IMG/VR virus record: IMGVR_UViG_3300017963_000512
Span: 1 to 35,862 of that record
DNA length: 35,862 bases
Direction: 5' to 3' (one strand)
DNA from: a virus
Taxonomy: Duplodnaviria; Caudoviricetes
Positions 8,277 to 18,900 of this stretch are shown piece after piece. The position numbers were made by a program, and so were the translations under genes. The notes under the pieces are model-generated. The model made no database searches. It had not been told where the DNA came from and saw only the letters and a list, made by a program, of their open reading frames with translations. Every line of letters starts with the position of its first letter. The first letter of the stretch is position 1.

Positions 8277-10994
8277 TTATATAGCGTCGTTCAGCTCTCT
8301 CATCCATGTATTGACCTGCTCAGCTTGCGCCACGGAGGTCTGTAGAGGACACTTAAACGTTTCTTTGGCCGGAGTAGTAATTGAATCCACAACTCTAGCG
8401 ATTTCAGTATCCAGCACCGGATTGCCAGTAAATTCTACCAGAGACTTTAGTCTCTGCCTAGACCGATCCGCTGGAGTTCCAACCACTTCCGCTCCAGGTT
8501 CATCAGAACCAGCTGGAACAGGCCCTACACTGCTAGCTAGATTATTAACTGCCTCTTCGATTAGAGCCGGATTCTCAGTAATAGTGATAGATCCATCGTC
8601 GTTGGTTTGGATAATACGAGCATCCGAATTAGTTGGAATAAATTTAGAGACATCTATTTCGCTCTCGTCAGGGTCATCACAACTTGCTCCAGCAGCAAGC
8701 CAGGCAATAAAAGAAACCATCATTGCAATAATTTGAATGATCTCTAGCTTCTCAAACTGTAGCGAGATAACTAGGTCTCCATCACCCAGAAGCGAAGCCA
8801 TAAGAGCTCTAAATTCACCTACAATTGCAGCAACAAGAGCAGTTACGGCATCAATAGCCTCTCTTAGATATCTAGAGATAGATATAATGATCGAACGCAT
8901 ATCTCGCTTGAAGCCTTCCAGAAATCCCCGGAGGCGCTGAGGCAAAACAGTATCTTGTTTGTCTACAGCATCATTTCGTTTCTTCCTGGCAGCCTCAAGC
9001 TCAGCTAAATATGCTCTCCTTGCCTGTTCGTCCTCAAAGTCAACTTCTGCTCTTCTGGCTCTAATTGCTTCTAGTTCTTCATTTGCTTCACGGACAGCTT
9101 GTTCGTCTTCTCTCATAATGTCGCCAACAAAGGTATCTTCTGCAAAGTTGAACGAAGTTCCCCACTCAGCACCTTTGTAGGTTGTAGCACTACCTAGCTG
9201 TCGTTCTTCTATACTTAGAGCCTCTGGGCGCACATCTACGTCCAAAGCCTCTCCTGGCATATCTAGCTTAATACGAGGAGGTTCCACCGCTCTAAGGCTA
9301 ATACCATCAGATTTAAACTCTCTTCCTTGCGGTCCAACATTTACCATCAGATCTCTAATATTCCCCTTCTGGAAGATCGCATTATAGTTAAACTTTTCAA
9401 TCATATTGACAAGACCGTCAATAATACATTCGATAGGCTTCACAATTGCTAAAAGAAACTTCTCCATCGTGTCGGCAATACCGGACAAAAACGGAAGAAT
9501 AAGGGGCGCAACAAGGTTCAAAATGAAGCTAAACAGTCCGTTAATCGAAAATGCGATGCGCATAAGGAGCAACATTAAGATTGCGATAATCCTTCTTAGG
9601 TCAGGAAGACAGACAAAGCTGGTAATCGCTTTAATGATGGCACATATCTCTGCAAACCTACTGTTTACGTTAAACAAGTTTGCAAGAGCCTCGAGTTGTC
9701 TAAGAAAGTGCTGATACCAGCGCAAGTACTGAAGCAGAGCTTCCTCTAGGTTAGTCTGAAATTTAACAGCAAAATCAGCAGCCGAGCTGATTCTGAAATC
9801 ACATGGGAAACAATCCTTTAGCCAATCGGTAAAGTGTTCCGTTAGGCTCCTTTTAGCCTTGGCTCCAGTTCCTCCTGCATCCTCAATAATTGCAGAAGCT
9901 GAGGCATTGAGATTTACTCCAGGATCATCTCCTGTGGTTTCCTCATCGGCATCTGTGTCAATGCCAAGAGCCCCGTCACGAATTGTCTCATCTGCAAGAG
10001 ACCTAAATTCCTGAGAACCAGCCATAATTCGGATACTGTTCAAAGACGGTCTCATCATCGCGAAGACAGACTCTTCGGTAGTAGAATATGCAGCACCACG
10101 CTCAAAAGTAGTTGTGATTGCATAGCAGTCCTGCAGAGCTAGTGGATTGGTTAATCCTGGAGCTGCATCACCAACAGCAGCTCGAGCAGCATCGGCAATC
10201 GCTTTTTCAGTTGGATTAGAAGAGACCTTAAGAGTACCAGCATCAGCAGCAGCCTTCTGGGCAGCCTTTTCAGCATTTGGGAAGTTCTCTGCCTGGGTAA
10301 CTGCCGAGTCTGATACCTTGTCTATCTGCTTCGCATATTGAGAAGGATCCTGGTCTGAATTCCCAGCAATCTCATCAGGAAGACCTGGTAGCGGAATAAT
10401 TGGCTTGATGAATGTCTTCCAAAGAAAATTTACAAGCATCTCAAGAAGAGTCTGCTGAAAATCTTCCATATTAATTGGCTGAACTATCTGATTCTTAGTA
10501 TTCAGCTCTGGACGCAGACCACCAGTCTTTGCAGCCTCGCTATTAAACAAAGAATCAAAACCACTCGTTGTGTCTAGATTCTGTCTTGCCTTTTCAATCT
10601 CCTCTGGAGATACAAGCCCTTGCTTTGCTAAAGCTAGCCCTTTCTCGAGCTGGCGATCTTTACAAGCTGCATATTGTGGATAAGTAATCTTAGTTGGATC
10701 TGCTCCAGGATGAGCTCGTCGCATAGCCTGGATGGTCGGAGCATCAACATTTGGATCTAGCTTAATGACCATATTCTTGGCACGCAGATCAGCCTTGTTT
10801 TGCAGAGCAGCAGCAAGAGTATCTACAGCCTTAGCCAGCTTTCGAGTCTCGTCTGCCTTTGCTAAAACATCTTTGACCTTAATTGGATCGACCGCAGGAG
10901 TAATAGGACCCTGTTCTATATCAGGCTCAACAAACTCAATCTGAGGTCGAAACTCTAGGATGTTCCGACTTGTGTCATCCAGCCTCCTGGACAT
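8277..10994 (-). CDS. Large hypothetical protein, probably virion-associated, with long hydrophobic helices
   Basis: 905-aa ORF in the head operon. Hydrophobic blocks such as LRRIIAILMLLLMRIAFSINGLFSFILNLVAPLILPFL, several Cys residues and a coiled coil. Confidence 0.7.
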   Translation of the reverse strand: MSRRLDDTSRNILEFRPQIEFVEPDIEQGPITPAVDPIKVKDVLAKADETRKLAKAVDTLAAALQNKADLRAKNMVIKLDPNVDAPTIQAMRRAHPGADPTKITYPQYAACKDRQLEKGLALAKQGLVSPEEIEKARQNLDTTSGFDSLFNSEAAKTGGLRPELNTKNQIVQPINMEDFQQTLLEMLVNFLWKTFIKPIIPLPGLPDEIAGNSDQDPSQYAKQIDKVSDSAVTQAENFPNAEKAAQKAAADAGTLKVSSNPTEKAIADAARAAVGDAAPGLTNPLALQDCYAITTTFERGAAYSTTEESVFAMMRPSLNSIRIMAGSQEFRSLADETIRDGALGIDTDADEETTGDDPGVNLNASASAIIEDAGGTGAKAKRSLTEHFTDWLKDCFPCDFRISSAADFAVKFQTNLEEALLQYLRWYQHFLRQLEALANLFNVNSRFAEICAIIKAITSFVCLPDLRRIIAILMLLLMRIAFSINGLFSFILNLVAPLILPFLSGIADTMEKFLLAIVKPIECIIDGLVNMIEKFNYNAIFQKGNIRDLMVNVGPQGREFKSDGISLRAVEPPRIKLDMPGEALDVDVRPEALSIEERQLGSATTYKGAEWGTSFNFAEDTFVGDIMREDEQAVREANEELEAIRARRAEVDFEDEQARRAYLAELEAARKKRNDAVDKQDTVLPQRLRGFLEGFKRDMRSIIISISRYLREAIDAVTALVAAIVGEFRALMASLLGDGDLVISLQFEKLEIIQIIAMMVSFIAWLAAGASCDDPDESEIDVSKFIPTNSDARIIQTNDDGSITITENPALIEEAVNNLASSVGPVPAGSDEPGAEVVGTPADRSRQRLKSLVEFTGNPVLDTEIARVVDSITTPAKETFKCPLQTSVAQAEQVNTWMRELNDAI

Positions 10995-11004
10995 CTATCT
11001 CTCC

Positions 11005-11424
11005 TTAGGATTCTGTTGCTTCTACTTGTAGCTTTACACCCTGATAAGACGTGACATCAGCTCCTTCAGGAACCTGGACACGAATCCAGAATGGCAGATA
11101 TGTATTAGTATCAGTTAGATTACCGAGATTTACACCAGCTCCAGCAGTTTGTAAATCCCATTGTTCTTCTAGTGGCTTTTGGTCGCCAGATAAAACCTTC
11201 CAACTAAATCCAGTGCTTCCGTCAACAATATCGTCGCCTCCATCAATAGGAGTCACAGTAATATCTGTGTAGACTCGAGCAACATCATCATTGCGAACAT
11301 AGAGCCGCTGTTCGTAGACATCGCCTAAAGAGCCATTTAATGCTACGGATAGCGGATTAGAAAATGTTCCATCTTTACTGAATGCAGAACTAGGATCTGC
11401 CGTTTGATAAACATTCAGAGCCAT
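11005..11424 (-). CDS. Small beta-rich hypothetical virion protein
   Basis: 139 aa with GAGG RBS, located between terL and the 905-aa gene. Confidence 0.7.
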   Translation of the reverse strand: MALNVYQTADPSSAFSKDGTFSNPLSVALNGSLGDVYEQRLYVRNDDVARVYTDITVTPIDGGDDIVDGSTGFSWKVLSGDQKPLEEQWDLQTAGAGVNLGNLTDTNTYLPFWIRVQVPEGADVTSYQGVKLQVEATES

Positions 11425-11442
11425 TGTGGTACCTCGGATACA

Positions 11443-13488
11443 CTATATATTTTTACGGCGTGGTTTTCTAGTAGGTTTTCTCAAACCTTGCCGCCTATAG
11501 GCCTCGTCTATTGCCTCACTCAACGTACGTACCCTAGGCGCTGGCTCATCTCTTAAGAAACCAGGATTTGCCCATGGCCTTACCTGGCTATCTTTTAGAT
11601 TTCGCGCTGGAAGACCATCTTCTTTGCCAAAGACAGAAGTTTGTTCAACTCCATCTGTCCTCTTCATGGAAGGTCTAGCCTTTTCACGACTTTCCTTTTC
11701 CTTGCGCTTAGGATCCTGGTGGTTGACCACAGTATCACCAGAATAAATATCCGGATCAACCTTTTCTCCAAAATAAGGCGTGATGGTAATCTTGCTGCTA
11801 TACTTTGGCTTACCCAATGGAGAGACCTCCATAGTAACGCCAATTACAGCACACATCAACGCATCCAGGACGTGATCTCCACAGGACTCATCATTAGCCT
11901 TATACACAGGGGTTCCAGTAGCAGTAATACGATCAACAATATAGCCAAGCAGCTGAGCCTCGAGCACTTCGTCTGTTTCGGGAAACTTTATATCTCCAGC
12001 TTCGAATCTACGTACTGTACTCTCAACCAAGAAAGACTTAGCTGGTTTCTTGATTGGCTGCTTCGTAAAGAGATCATAGACCTCTATGCTGCTACCAAAT
12101 TCGTATTTCTTGACAATCTCCCTTAGTCTAGAGTCAGGGTGTGCTGGTCCCTTAGAAGGATCTGCTAGTGAGTCATAGCCAAACTTTCTGAGCATTTCCC
12201 ACTGTGTACCACCAAATCCCGAATCAATATAGACACAGATTGGCTTCCATATTCTATTGAGCTCAACTATCTTCTGCATAGCAAGGGTCTGGGTCCACCC
12301 TTCTCTGGAAACCGTGTACCGATCAACTATAACAAAGACTTGCCTCCTGGGATCGAACCCCAATACGACAATACATGTACCATTCTTAGTATCATTCCAG
12401 TCTACACCAATAGTATACGTCCAAGTATTCATATGAGGAATGTCGCCGTAGTTATACTTCTCCTTGGCTGCTTGTACCAAAACATTTTGGAATACACCTT
12501 CCTCTTGTTCTCCAAACTCAGCAAGAATTTCATGCTGGAAGGCAAGATCAGTTAGTGTACTTCTGAACAGAGCTTCCTTTTTGTCGTCCCACATCGGATT
12601 GACACGAGACGTATAATGAAACTCTTTCCATTCCTTTGAGCTGCATACCTGGAAGAACTTCTCGCGCTTACCAGACGGTGTGGAGCTCATCCACACACTA
12701 GCATTTGGATGGTTGGTAATAATTGACAGAGCAGACTCAAGATCCTTTGGAGACAAATAGTCAGCCTCATCGAAGACTAGCATGTGCGCATGCTGACCAC
12801 GAACAGAGTCTGCGTTTCCACCTGACTTTGTACCTGCAGTGAATCCCATTACTCTTGAGCCATTGTAAAGCTCAATCGTATATACAGGAGCCTTTACATT
12901 ACGGCGCAGAGAATTCTGTGTAACAGGATTGCTTCTAATTAGCTGAGCTAACCGACTAAAGATTAGGTCAATTTGTGCCTGATATGGAGCGATGACTACA
13001 ATTTTAAAGCCCTCGTCCTCCGGGATACCAGGCTTAACGAACATATGATACAGCATTGAGACAACGATTGCCTCAGTCTTACCAGCCTGACGTCCAATGC
13101 GGAATGCCTTGAACTGAGCTGAACATCTAAGCATGTCTGCCTGATAAGGACGATGATAGCGAGACTTCCCTAGAATATTTACGTCTGGATTACTTTCTCT
13201 CCATTTTGTATATTCGCCAGGATCCCTGCGCATCCACACGGCTCCATCTGGATCTAAACAATGCCAGTCTAAAGTCTGTGCTGCCCAAGTTACTGGATCA
13301 AGAATTGCCAAAGCCGTATCCTGCTGAGCTGCAGGAATCGAGCCTAGCATATTAATGTGTTCGTCAAATTTGGGAATACCAGTGCAAGAAATATCGAATG
13401 TCTGACCAGCGACCAGGTTGTGCTTTTTCTTGTACCCTTTGATACAAGTTATACATGCCTTGTCGCATTGATTAAGATCTAAAGGCAT
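11443..13488 (-). CDS. terL: Terminase large subunit
   Basis: Walker A (IGRQAGKT), Walker B (LVFDEADY), motif III (SSTP), RNase H-like nuclease motifs (IGVDW, YIDSG, DHVLDALM). Confidence 0.95.
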   Translation of the reverse strand: MPLDLNQCDKACITCIKGYKKKHNLVAGQTFDISCTGIPKFDEHINMLGSIPAAQQDTALAILDPVTWAAQTLDWHCLDPDGAVWMRRDPGEYTKWRESNPDVNILGKSRYHRPYQADMLRCSAQFKAFRIGRQAGKTEAIVVSMLYHMFVKPGIPEDEGFKIVVIAPYQAQIDLIFSRLAQLIRSNPVTQNSLRRNVKAPVYTIELYNGSRVMGFTAGTKSGGNADSVRGQHAHMLVFDEADYLSPKDLESALSIITNHPNASVWMSSTPSGKREKFFQVCSSKEWKEFHYTSRVNPMWDDKKEALFRSTLTDLAFQHEILAEFGEQEEGVFQNVLVQAAKEKYNYGDIPHMNTWTYTIGVDWNDTKNGTCIVVLGFDPRRQVFVIVDRYTVSREGWTQTLAMQKIVELNRIWKPICVYIDSGFGGTQWEMLRKFGYDSLADPSKGPAHPDSRLREIVKKYEFGSSIEVYDLFTKQPIKKPAKSFLVESTVRRFEAGDIKFPETDEVLEAQLLGYIVDRITATGTPVYKANDESCGDHVLDALMCAVIGVTMEVSPLGKPKYSSKITITPYFGEKVDPDIYSGDTVVNHQDPKRKEKESREKARPSMKRTDGVEQTSVFGKEDGLPARNLKDSQVRPWANPGFLRDEPAPRVRTLSEAIDEAYRRQGLRKPTRKPRRKNI

Positions 13489-13497
13489 AAAAATCCT

Positions 13498-14142
13498 TTA
13501 TGGCATTCTCCAGCTAAGAGTGCTACCAACTGCATTGAAGGCCCTGTTAGCATCTAAAGAAACCTCTCTTCTGGCTCTTCTTAGTGCATGTGTTAGTGCA
13601 TCACCACGAGTAGCAGTTCTTTGATACATCGCACCATGTGCTCCCTTTCGATAAAACTGCTTACCAATAACATTTTTGTATTCCTTATAAGCAGCTCCAC
13701 CATATCTTCCACCAACTGCACCAACACCAGCACCCATTATAGCACCACCGAGAACACTGGTGTCGTCAGACATCATGCCCCAACCAGCACCTGCAGCTGC
13801 ACCATAGACAGCATTTCTCCCAGTAGTTCCTAAAGCACCACCCAAGGCACCATGCATATCGCTAATGAACCCAGGACTGTTTGCTCGAGTATAGTCATAA
13901 CCTCGAGCTCCATAACGCTGAGCCATATGAGAGCCCCAACCTAATCCAGCAGCCGCTTCAGTTCCGTGGATATAACCAGTCTTGCCGGCTTCGCTAAGTG
14001 TGCGAACTCCAGCTCCTCCGGTTGCTCCCATCCAAGCACCGCCTATATACTCGCCAGCAGCACTCAGTCCACGGCCAACCTTAGAAAGAGTTGAACTAAC
14101 ATAATTGCTAGCCTTCCCCATAGTAGTAAAGAAACCAGGCAT
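13498..14142 (-). CDS. Gly/Ala-rich basic protein, candidate internal virion/ejection protein
   Basis: 214 aa with glycine-zipper-like segments (GAAAGAGWG, LGGAIMGAGVGAVGG). Tightly coupled to neighbouring genes. Confidence 0.6.
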   Translation of the reverse strand: MPGFFTTMGKASNYVSSTLSKVGRGLSAAGEYIGGAWMGATGGAGVRTLSEAGKTGYIHGTEAAAGLGWGSHMAQRYGARGYDYTRANSPGFISDMHGALGGALGTTGRNAVYGAAAGAGWGMMSDDTSVLGGAIMGAGVGAVGGRYGGAAYKEYKNVIGKQFYRKGAHGAMYQRTATRGDALTHALRRARREVSLDANRAFNAVGSTLSWRMP

Positions 14143-14144
14143 TT

Positions 14145-14978
14145 TTACCTCCTGAGGCCAGGACTATAAGCACTGTCATGCATTAATAGCGCCTCGTTAC
14201 CCATAGCCATTCTACCGTTAACTGCTGAACTATTCAACGCTTGCATTGAACGAGCCCTTAGTGTTGCTCCTGTTCCATAAGGGTCTTTTACCGGAGCTCC
14301 CATTTCAAGACTTCTTAGGCCTTTCACATGAGCTTGTGCTGCTTCTCCTACAGCGTAATATCCAGCAAGACCTGCAGCTGCAGCACCAACTATAGTCGTT
14401 GATGCTCCACCAAGAACAGCTCCAGCTAATTTAAAGCCTCCCCATATAGCAGCTTCTGTAGCTCCTGCTTTAGCAGCACCAATTATGCCACCACTTTGAT
14501 AACCCTCGTATATACTATAAGCAGTAAATGCAGGAAAGATAGCTCGACCAGCCATTGCCCCGGCCGTTCGACCAAGCATCTTAACACCGCCCTTTGCAAT
14601 GTTTCTTTTGACTCCTGCGCGGAATGACTCTTTGGCTAACTTTCTACTTGCAGCCTGACTAAGACGATGTTTACGAGCAAGACGATATGCTTGATGCGAA
14701 GATTTTCTTGATTCGCCGATTGCCTCAGCAACAGGAGTATCTTTCCAACCGAGGAAACCACGATAGGTTCCATGATTAGGCCCAGCATACTGAAAACCAA
14801 ATGCCTCAGCAACGCCAGCCCTAAAGGCTCCACCATAAGCATTGCTTGCCATACCTCTCCAGGCCTGACGCACACTTCCTGTCCCAGCTAAACCTAGATC
14901 ACCAACATGGCGCATTCCCTCGCCAAAACCCTTAGCTCCAGCTTTTACTCTAGAAAACTTACCTTGCTGTGCTGGCAT
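14145..14978 (-). CDS. Gly/Ala-rich basic protein, candidate internal virion/ejection protein
   Basis: 277 aa with hydrophobic Gly/Ala stretches (LAGAVLGGASTTIVGAAAAGLAGYYAVG). Its start overlaps the upstream stop. Confidence 0.6.
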   Translation of the reverse strand: MPAQQGKFSRVKAGAKGFGEGMRHVGDLGLAGTGSVRQAWRGMASNAYGGAFRAGVAEAFGFQYAGPNHGTYRGFLGWKDTPVAEAIGESRKSSHQAYRLARKHRLSQAASRKLAKESFRAGVKRNIAKGGVKMLGRTAGAMAGRAIFPAFTAYSIYEGYQSGGIIGAAKAGATEAAIWGGFKLAGAVLGGASTTIVGAAAAGLAGYYAVGEAAQAHVKGLRSLEMGAPVKDPYGTGATLRARSMQALNSSAVNGRMAMGNEALLMHDSAYSPGLRR

Positions 14979-15886
14979 TAGCCGTGCCTCCCTCTATGTA
15001 GACCTTGAACAATTCCAGTAGCACTATTCTGGAATGTCTTCTGCATTGGACCCATCATTTGAGGAACAGTTCCTAGCGTTCCCATAGGAGCAACACCAGA
15101 CTCCCTCATAGTCTCAGCAGCTAACATCTGGGTATTGTAATCTATTCTCATGTTTGACGTTAGACCCTGCTGTGCTCTCTGTATATCTCCCCGCAATGTT
15201 GGAGAAGAAGACTGTTGTGACATTGCGTAGGCTCCAGCTGCTCCACCAGCAACACCAAGGGTGATAAATGGATGTTTGATCATGCCGGTAACAGCCTGAA
15301 GTCCAGTGTTAAAGGTCTTTCCTATAGGAGAAAGAGCAGCGGCCCTACGTTCAAATTCTCTACGAAAAGCAGGAACATTTTGAATTTGTTGCTCAACCAA
15401 GTGAGTACCAACAACTGGAGAAAGTTCTGCCATTGCACGCTGTCTACCAGCGGCCATATTTCTCTGCAGAAATCCAGGACTACTTTTCCCTGTTCCAGCA
15501 AACATGTCTTTAAACATCAGAGAGGTTGGAGTATTTCTCCAAGGCGTAGTAGCTCTAGACCACTCTTTCGCAAATTCTGGATACCTTGCCAGCTGTTTCT
15601 TGATAGTATGCTCACCAACAGTAGAAATAGCTGTACGTCTGTTCCTTGCAGCTATTGCGCGACCCAAGGACGTATTTAGACCAAGGGCACCACCTACAGC
15701 TAAACCAAGGACAGCGCCCTTAGCTATGTTTTCAATACGAGCATTAGGGTTAGCATAGTCTCCCTCAATGGCTCCTGCCATACCCCCAACGCCTGCACCA
15801 ATAGCAGCACGAGCTGCAAATCCGCCCGTCATAGCTCCTTTACCAAGAGCCTTTGCTCCACCTAATGCTAGTCCAAGAAATCCCAT
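14978..15886 (-). CDS. Gly/Ala-rich basic protein, candidate internal virion/ejection protein
   Basis: 302 aa with glycine zippers (AAIGAGVGGMAGA, GAVLGLAVGGALGL, ITLGVAGGAAGAYA). Confidence 0.6.
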   Translation of the reverse strand: MGFLGLALGGAKALGKGAMTGGFAARAAIGAGVGGMAGAIEGDYANPNARIENIAKGAVLGLAVGGALGLNTSLGRAIAARNRRTAISTVGEHTIKKQLARYPEFAKEWSRATTPWRNTPTSLMFKDMFAGTGKSSPGFLQRNMAAGRQRAMAELSPVVGTHLVEQQIQNVPAFRREFERRAAALSPIGKTFNTGLQAVTGMIKHPFITLGVAGGAAGAYAMSQQSSSPTLRGDIQRAQQGLTSNMRIDYNTQMLAAETMRESGVAPMGTLGTVPQMMGPMQKTFQNSATGIVQGLHRGRHG

Positions 15887-15901
15887 AGCTTTATCCTACA
15901 A

Positions 15902-18900
15902 TTACTGCCCCTTTGTGGCAAATTTCCTATGCCTACGAGCAGAGTCTTTTGCGTTTTTGGATGCATCCTGCATAGCCTGCATATGCAGCCCCTTTCTCTT
16001 TCTCATCTTTTCAAGTCTACCCATTAGCTCTTTATGTACTGCACTCTCTCGAGCAGCCTGTTTGGTTGCTTGATTAGATAGAGCTTTTGTTGTTCCAGAC
16101 TCGAGTCTATGGAGACGACCCATTTCACCCCAAACACTTATTTGAGTTTGGATAGCTTGCTTATGAAGTTCTCTACCTGCTCCTGATAGCTCAGCCTTAG
16201 GAATAGCTAAGCCCCAGTCACCAACCTGGTATCTAGCCCCTCGGCGCAAAATTTGGCCTGGATGCAAGTCAAGGTGAAAGACAGGAGAGTTAGAAGACAT
16301 AAGCGTCTCTCTGGAATTCAACAGAAACTTGCTTTGACCTTCAGTAGTAAATCCAAGCTGTTTGCCAGCATACTCTTGAATAAATGACGATTCTCCAGTA
16401 GCAAAGACCTCAGGGACAATATCACCGTATGCCTTTCTAGCTGCTTTCTGCATCTCTGCTTCATATGCTAGATAATGTAGTCCCTTTCCTTCGCCTCTCA
16501 TGACCTCCATATACATCTTTGAATATTCGTCAATTGCGGCAAGTTCTTGTGCTCCAGGAGCCTCAGCACCCATTCCAAACAGCTTCTTAATTTTCGACCC
16601 AAATCGCTGGCTATGTTCAAATTGTTGTTTAGCAAACTGCCTTTCTAGGTCACCTAGAGGTGGGGATATCATAGGCTTCCCGTCTGTTGCCTCTAGAGCT
16701 TTTTGAAACTGCATTCCTTGTGCAGAAGGCTCTTTCAGCACACCAACTCTTCCTGACCGCTGGCCAAATACTTGAGTAACCTTACCAGCACCACCTTCAC
16801 CAAGATAAGAGCCCTTAACCCAGAACTCCCCTCCCATTTCAATACCAGCTTCACGTCGAGCTCCAGCTAGTAGACTGCCGAGCTCTGTTCCTTTAGCTGC
16901 CAGTCCCTTTGGAGCCTTGGTCTTAACCGCAGCGCCGAGAACTTCTTCCATCCAGCCTATATCTGCAGCAACCGGAAGAGTCCCAAGTCTTTCCATGCCT
17001 TGGAGAATCTTGTCAGGAGAAACACCCTTCTTGAGAGCAGCCTTAATCCACGCAGATTCAAATGGAACCTTGAGAATCTTGCGCATTTTCTTGGCTTCTG
17101 TACCTTCTGAGATACCCTTAATAGTATTCTCGGTCTGGAAGCCCGGAACAGCCTCTGCCTGCTGCTTCTTTAGAAGCTTAGCTTGCATTCTCTTAGCAAA
17201 AGGAGTTTTTGGATCTAAAGAGGCAAGAGCATTCTCTTTGGTTCGCATCAAGCCTAGCTCGACCTCAACAGTTCCCAAAGAAGGAAGAGGAGAAGGAACT
17301 GCACGAGAAACACCAGGAACAGGACGAGCCTGGCCATAGTCGATAATTCCAAGGCGAAACTGGTTCTTGCCTTGTGGAACCAGCATAATATTACTTGGAT
17401 TTATATCTGGATTCTGCCAAGCAGGCATACTCTGCTCATAAAGCTTTTCAGCCTGCCGACGTATCATATTGACCTGTTCATTCGCTAATCTACCAGAATC
17501 TGCCATACTCCTAAGAGTAGAACCCTCAAAGAGCTCCATATCTAGCTCACCGCCAGTGAACTTGATCTCGCCCATTGGGCCTCTGATACGCTTTAGAGGA
17601 ATCTCAATATCTGGGCGAGGACGGAAGCCATAAACATCTGGGGCAAAATGAGGAGCAGCTGCTCTTTGTGCTTGAGCCTCAACTTCGCTAATAGCACCAA
17701 TTTTTCTAGCAAATTTGAACTCCTGACCGCGAAAGACTCCGGTCATCTCAAACACACTACCAACTGAACCAGGATCTCCTAGCTGCTTGCCTTTAGTTGC
17801 TCCCTCAAGAGCAAGCTTAAATTCCTTGCTAGCAAGCATTTTCTCAAAAGATTCGCCAGCCTTTACAAGACCACGTAGAGCATTCCAGCCAGATCCGAAT
17901 TCAGTCAAAGCCTGGCGCATTTGCCAAGCAAGACCTTCATGCCCAAGGCCTTCTATCTGTAAATGAGTATCATCTTTACCAGAAAACCTTTTGCCTCCAA
18001 TAGGAGCTGGTCCATGAGTCTTCCTAAGGGCCTTACCAACCCTTCTAGCTTGAGCAATCTCAGCAAAGGTCAATTCTCTCTTCTGATCTCCAAAGCTATT
18101 CAAGAAGGAGGCATAGGTTCCAAGAGTCAGATTCCCAGAGAGCTTATCTAGTCTTGTGAGAGTATTATGGGTAATAGTTCTGCCAATGTAGCGCTGTGCA
18201 ATGTGGGTAGCCTGGTAGCGAGCATAACTCCACATTCCCCTTCTGTGGATCCGCGCAGTCTCCTCAGCTGCCCTAGCCTGCTCTCTAAGTAGGATATCTG
18301 TCTTTCTTTCACCAAATGGCAGAGCAGATACAGCTCCTCCCCTAAGGAGCTCCATATTAATATTCGTGCCTTCTTCATTAGCTAGTACACCAAGATAACG
18401 ACCATAGGTCTTCTGGTCCTCAGAAACAATCAGACTTACTCTATCCTGCTGCTCGAGCAAGGCCTTGAGAGCCCAAGATGCCTTTGTTCCTGCTGGCTGA
18501 TCTTGCCAAATACGGAATGGAGCTAGAGGGTCTCCCTGGTGAGCTTCAACCTCAGGAGCATCGATACCAGCCAAGCGAACATAAATATCGCCATAACCGA
18601 ACAGAGACTTCAGCCTAGGAATAAAGCCCTTGCGCTTGAGAACAATAGTGTCAGCGTCCTCTACCTCCATCTTGAATCTATCTAGATTGACGGATCTCAG
18701 GTCAGAGCGCTTACGATTGATAGCCTCAATACGCCCAATATCCTCACGACTGAAGTCAGAAGTACTGAGCTCTCCCAACTTAGCCTGAGACTTAGCAGAT
18801 TCTTCCTCAATATACTTACGGATACGTGACCGTTCCCCGGGTTGGTCCATTCTCCTGCGGAACTCGAGAATTCTTGGATCAATTGGGATGCCCATGAGAG

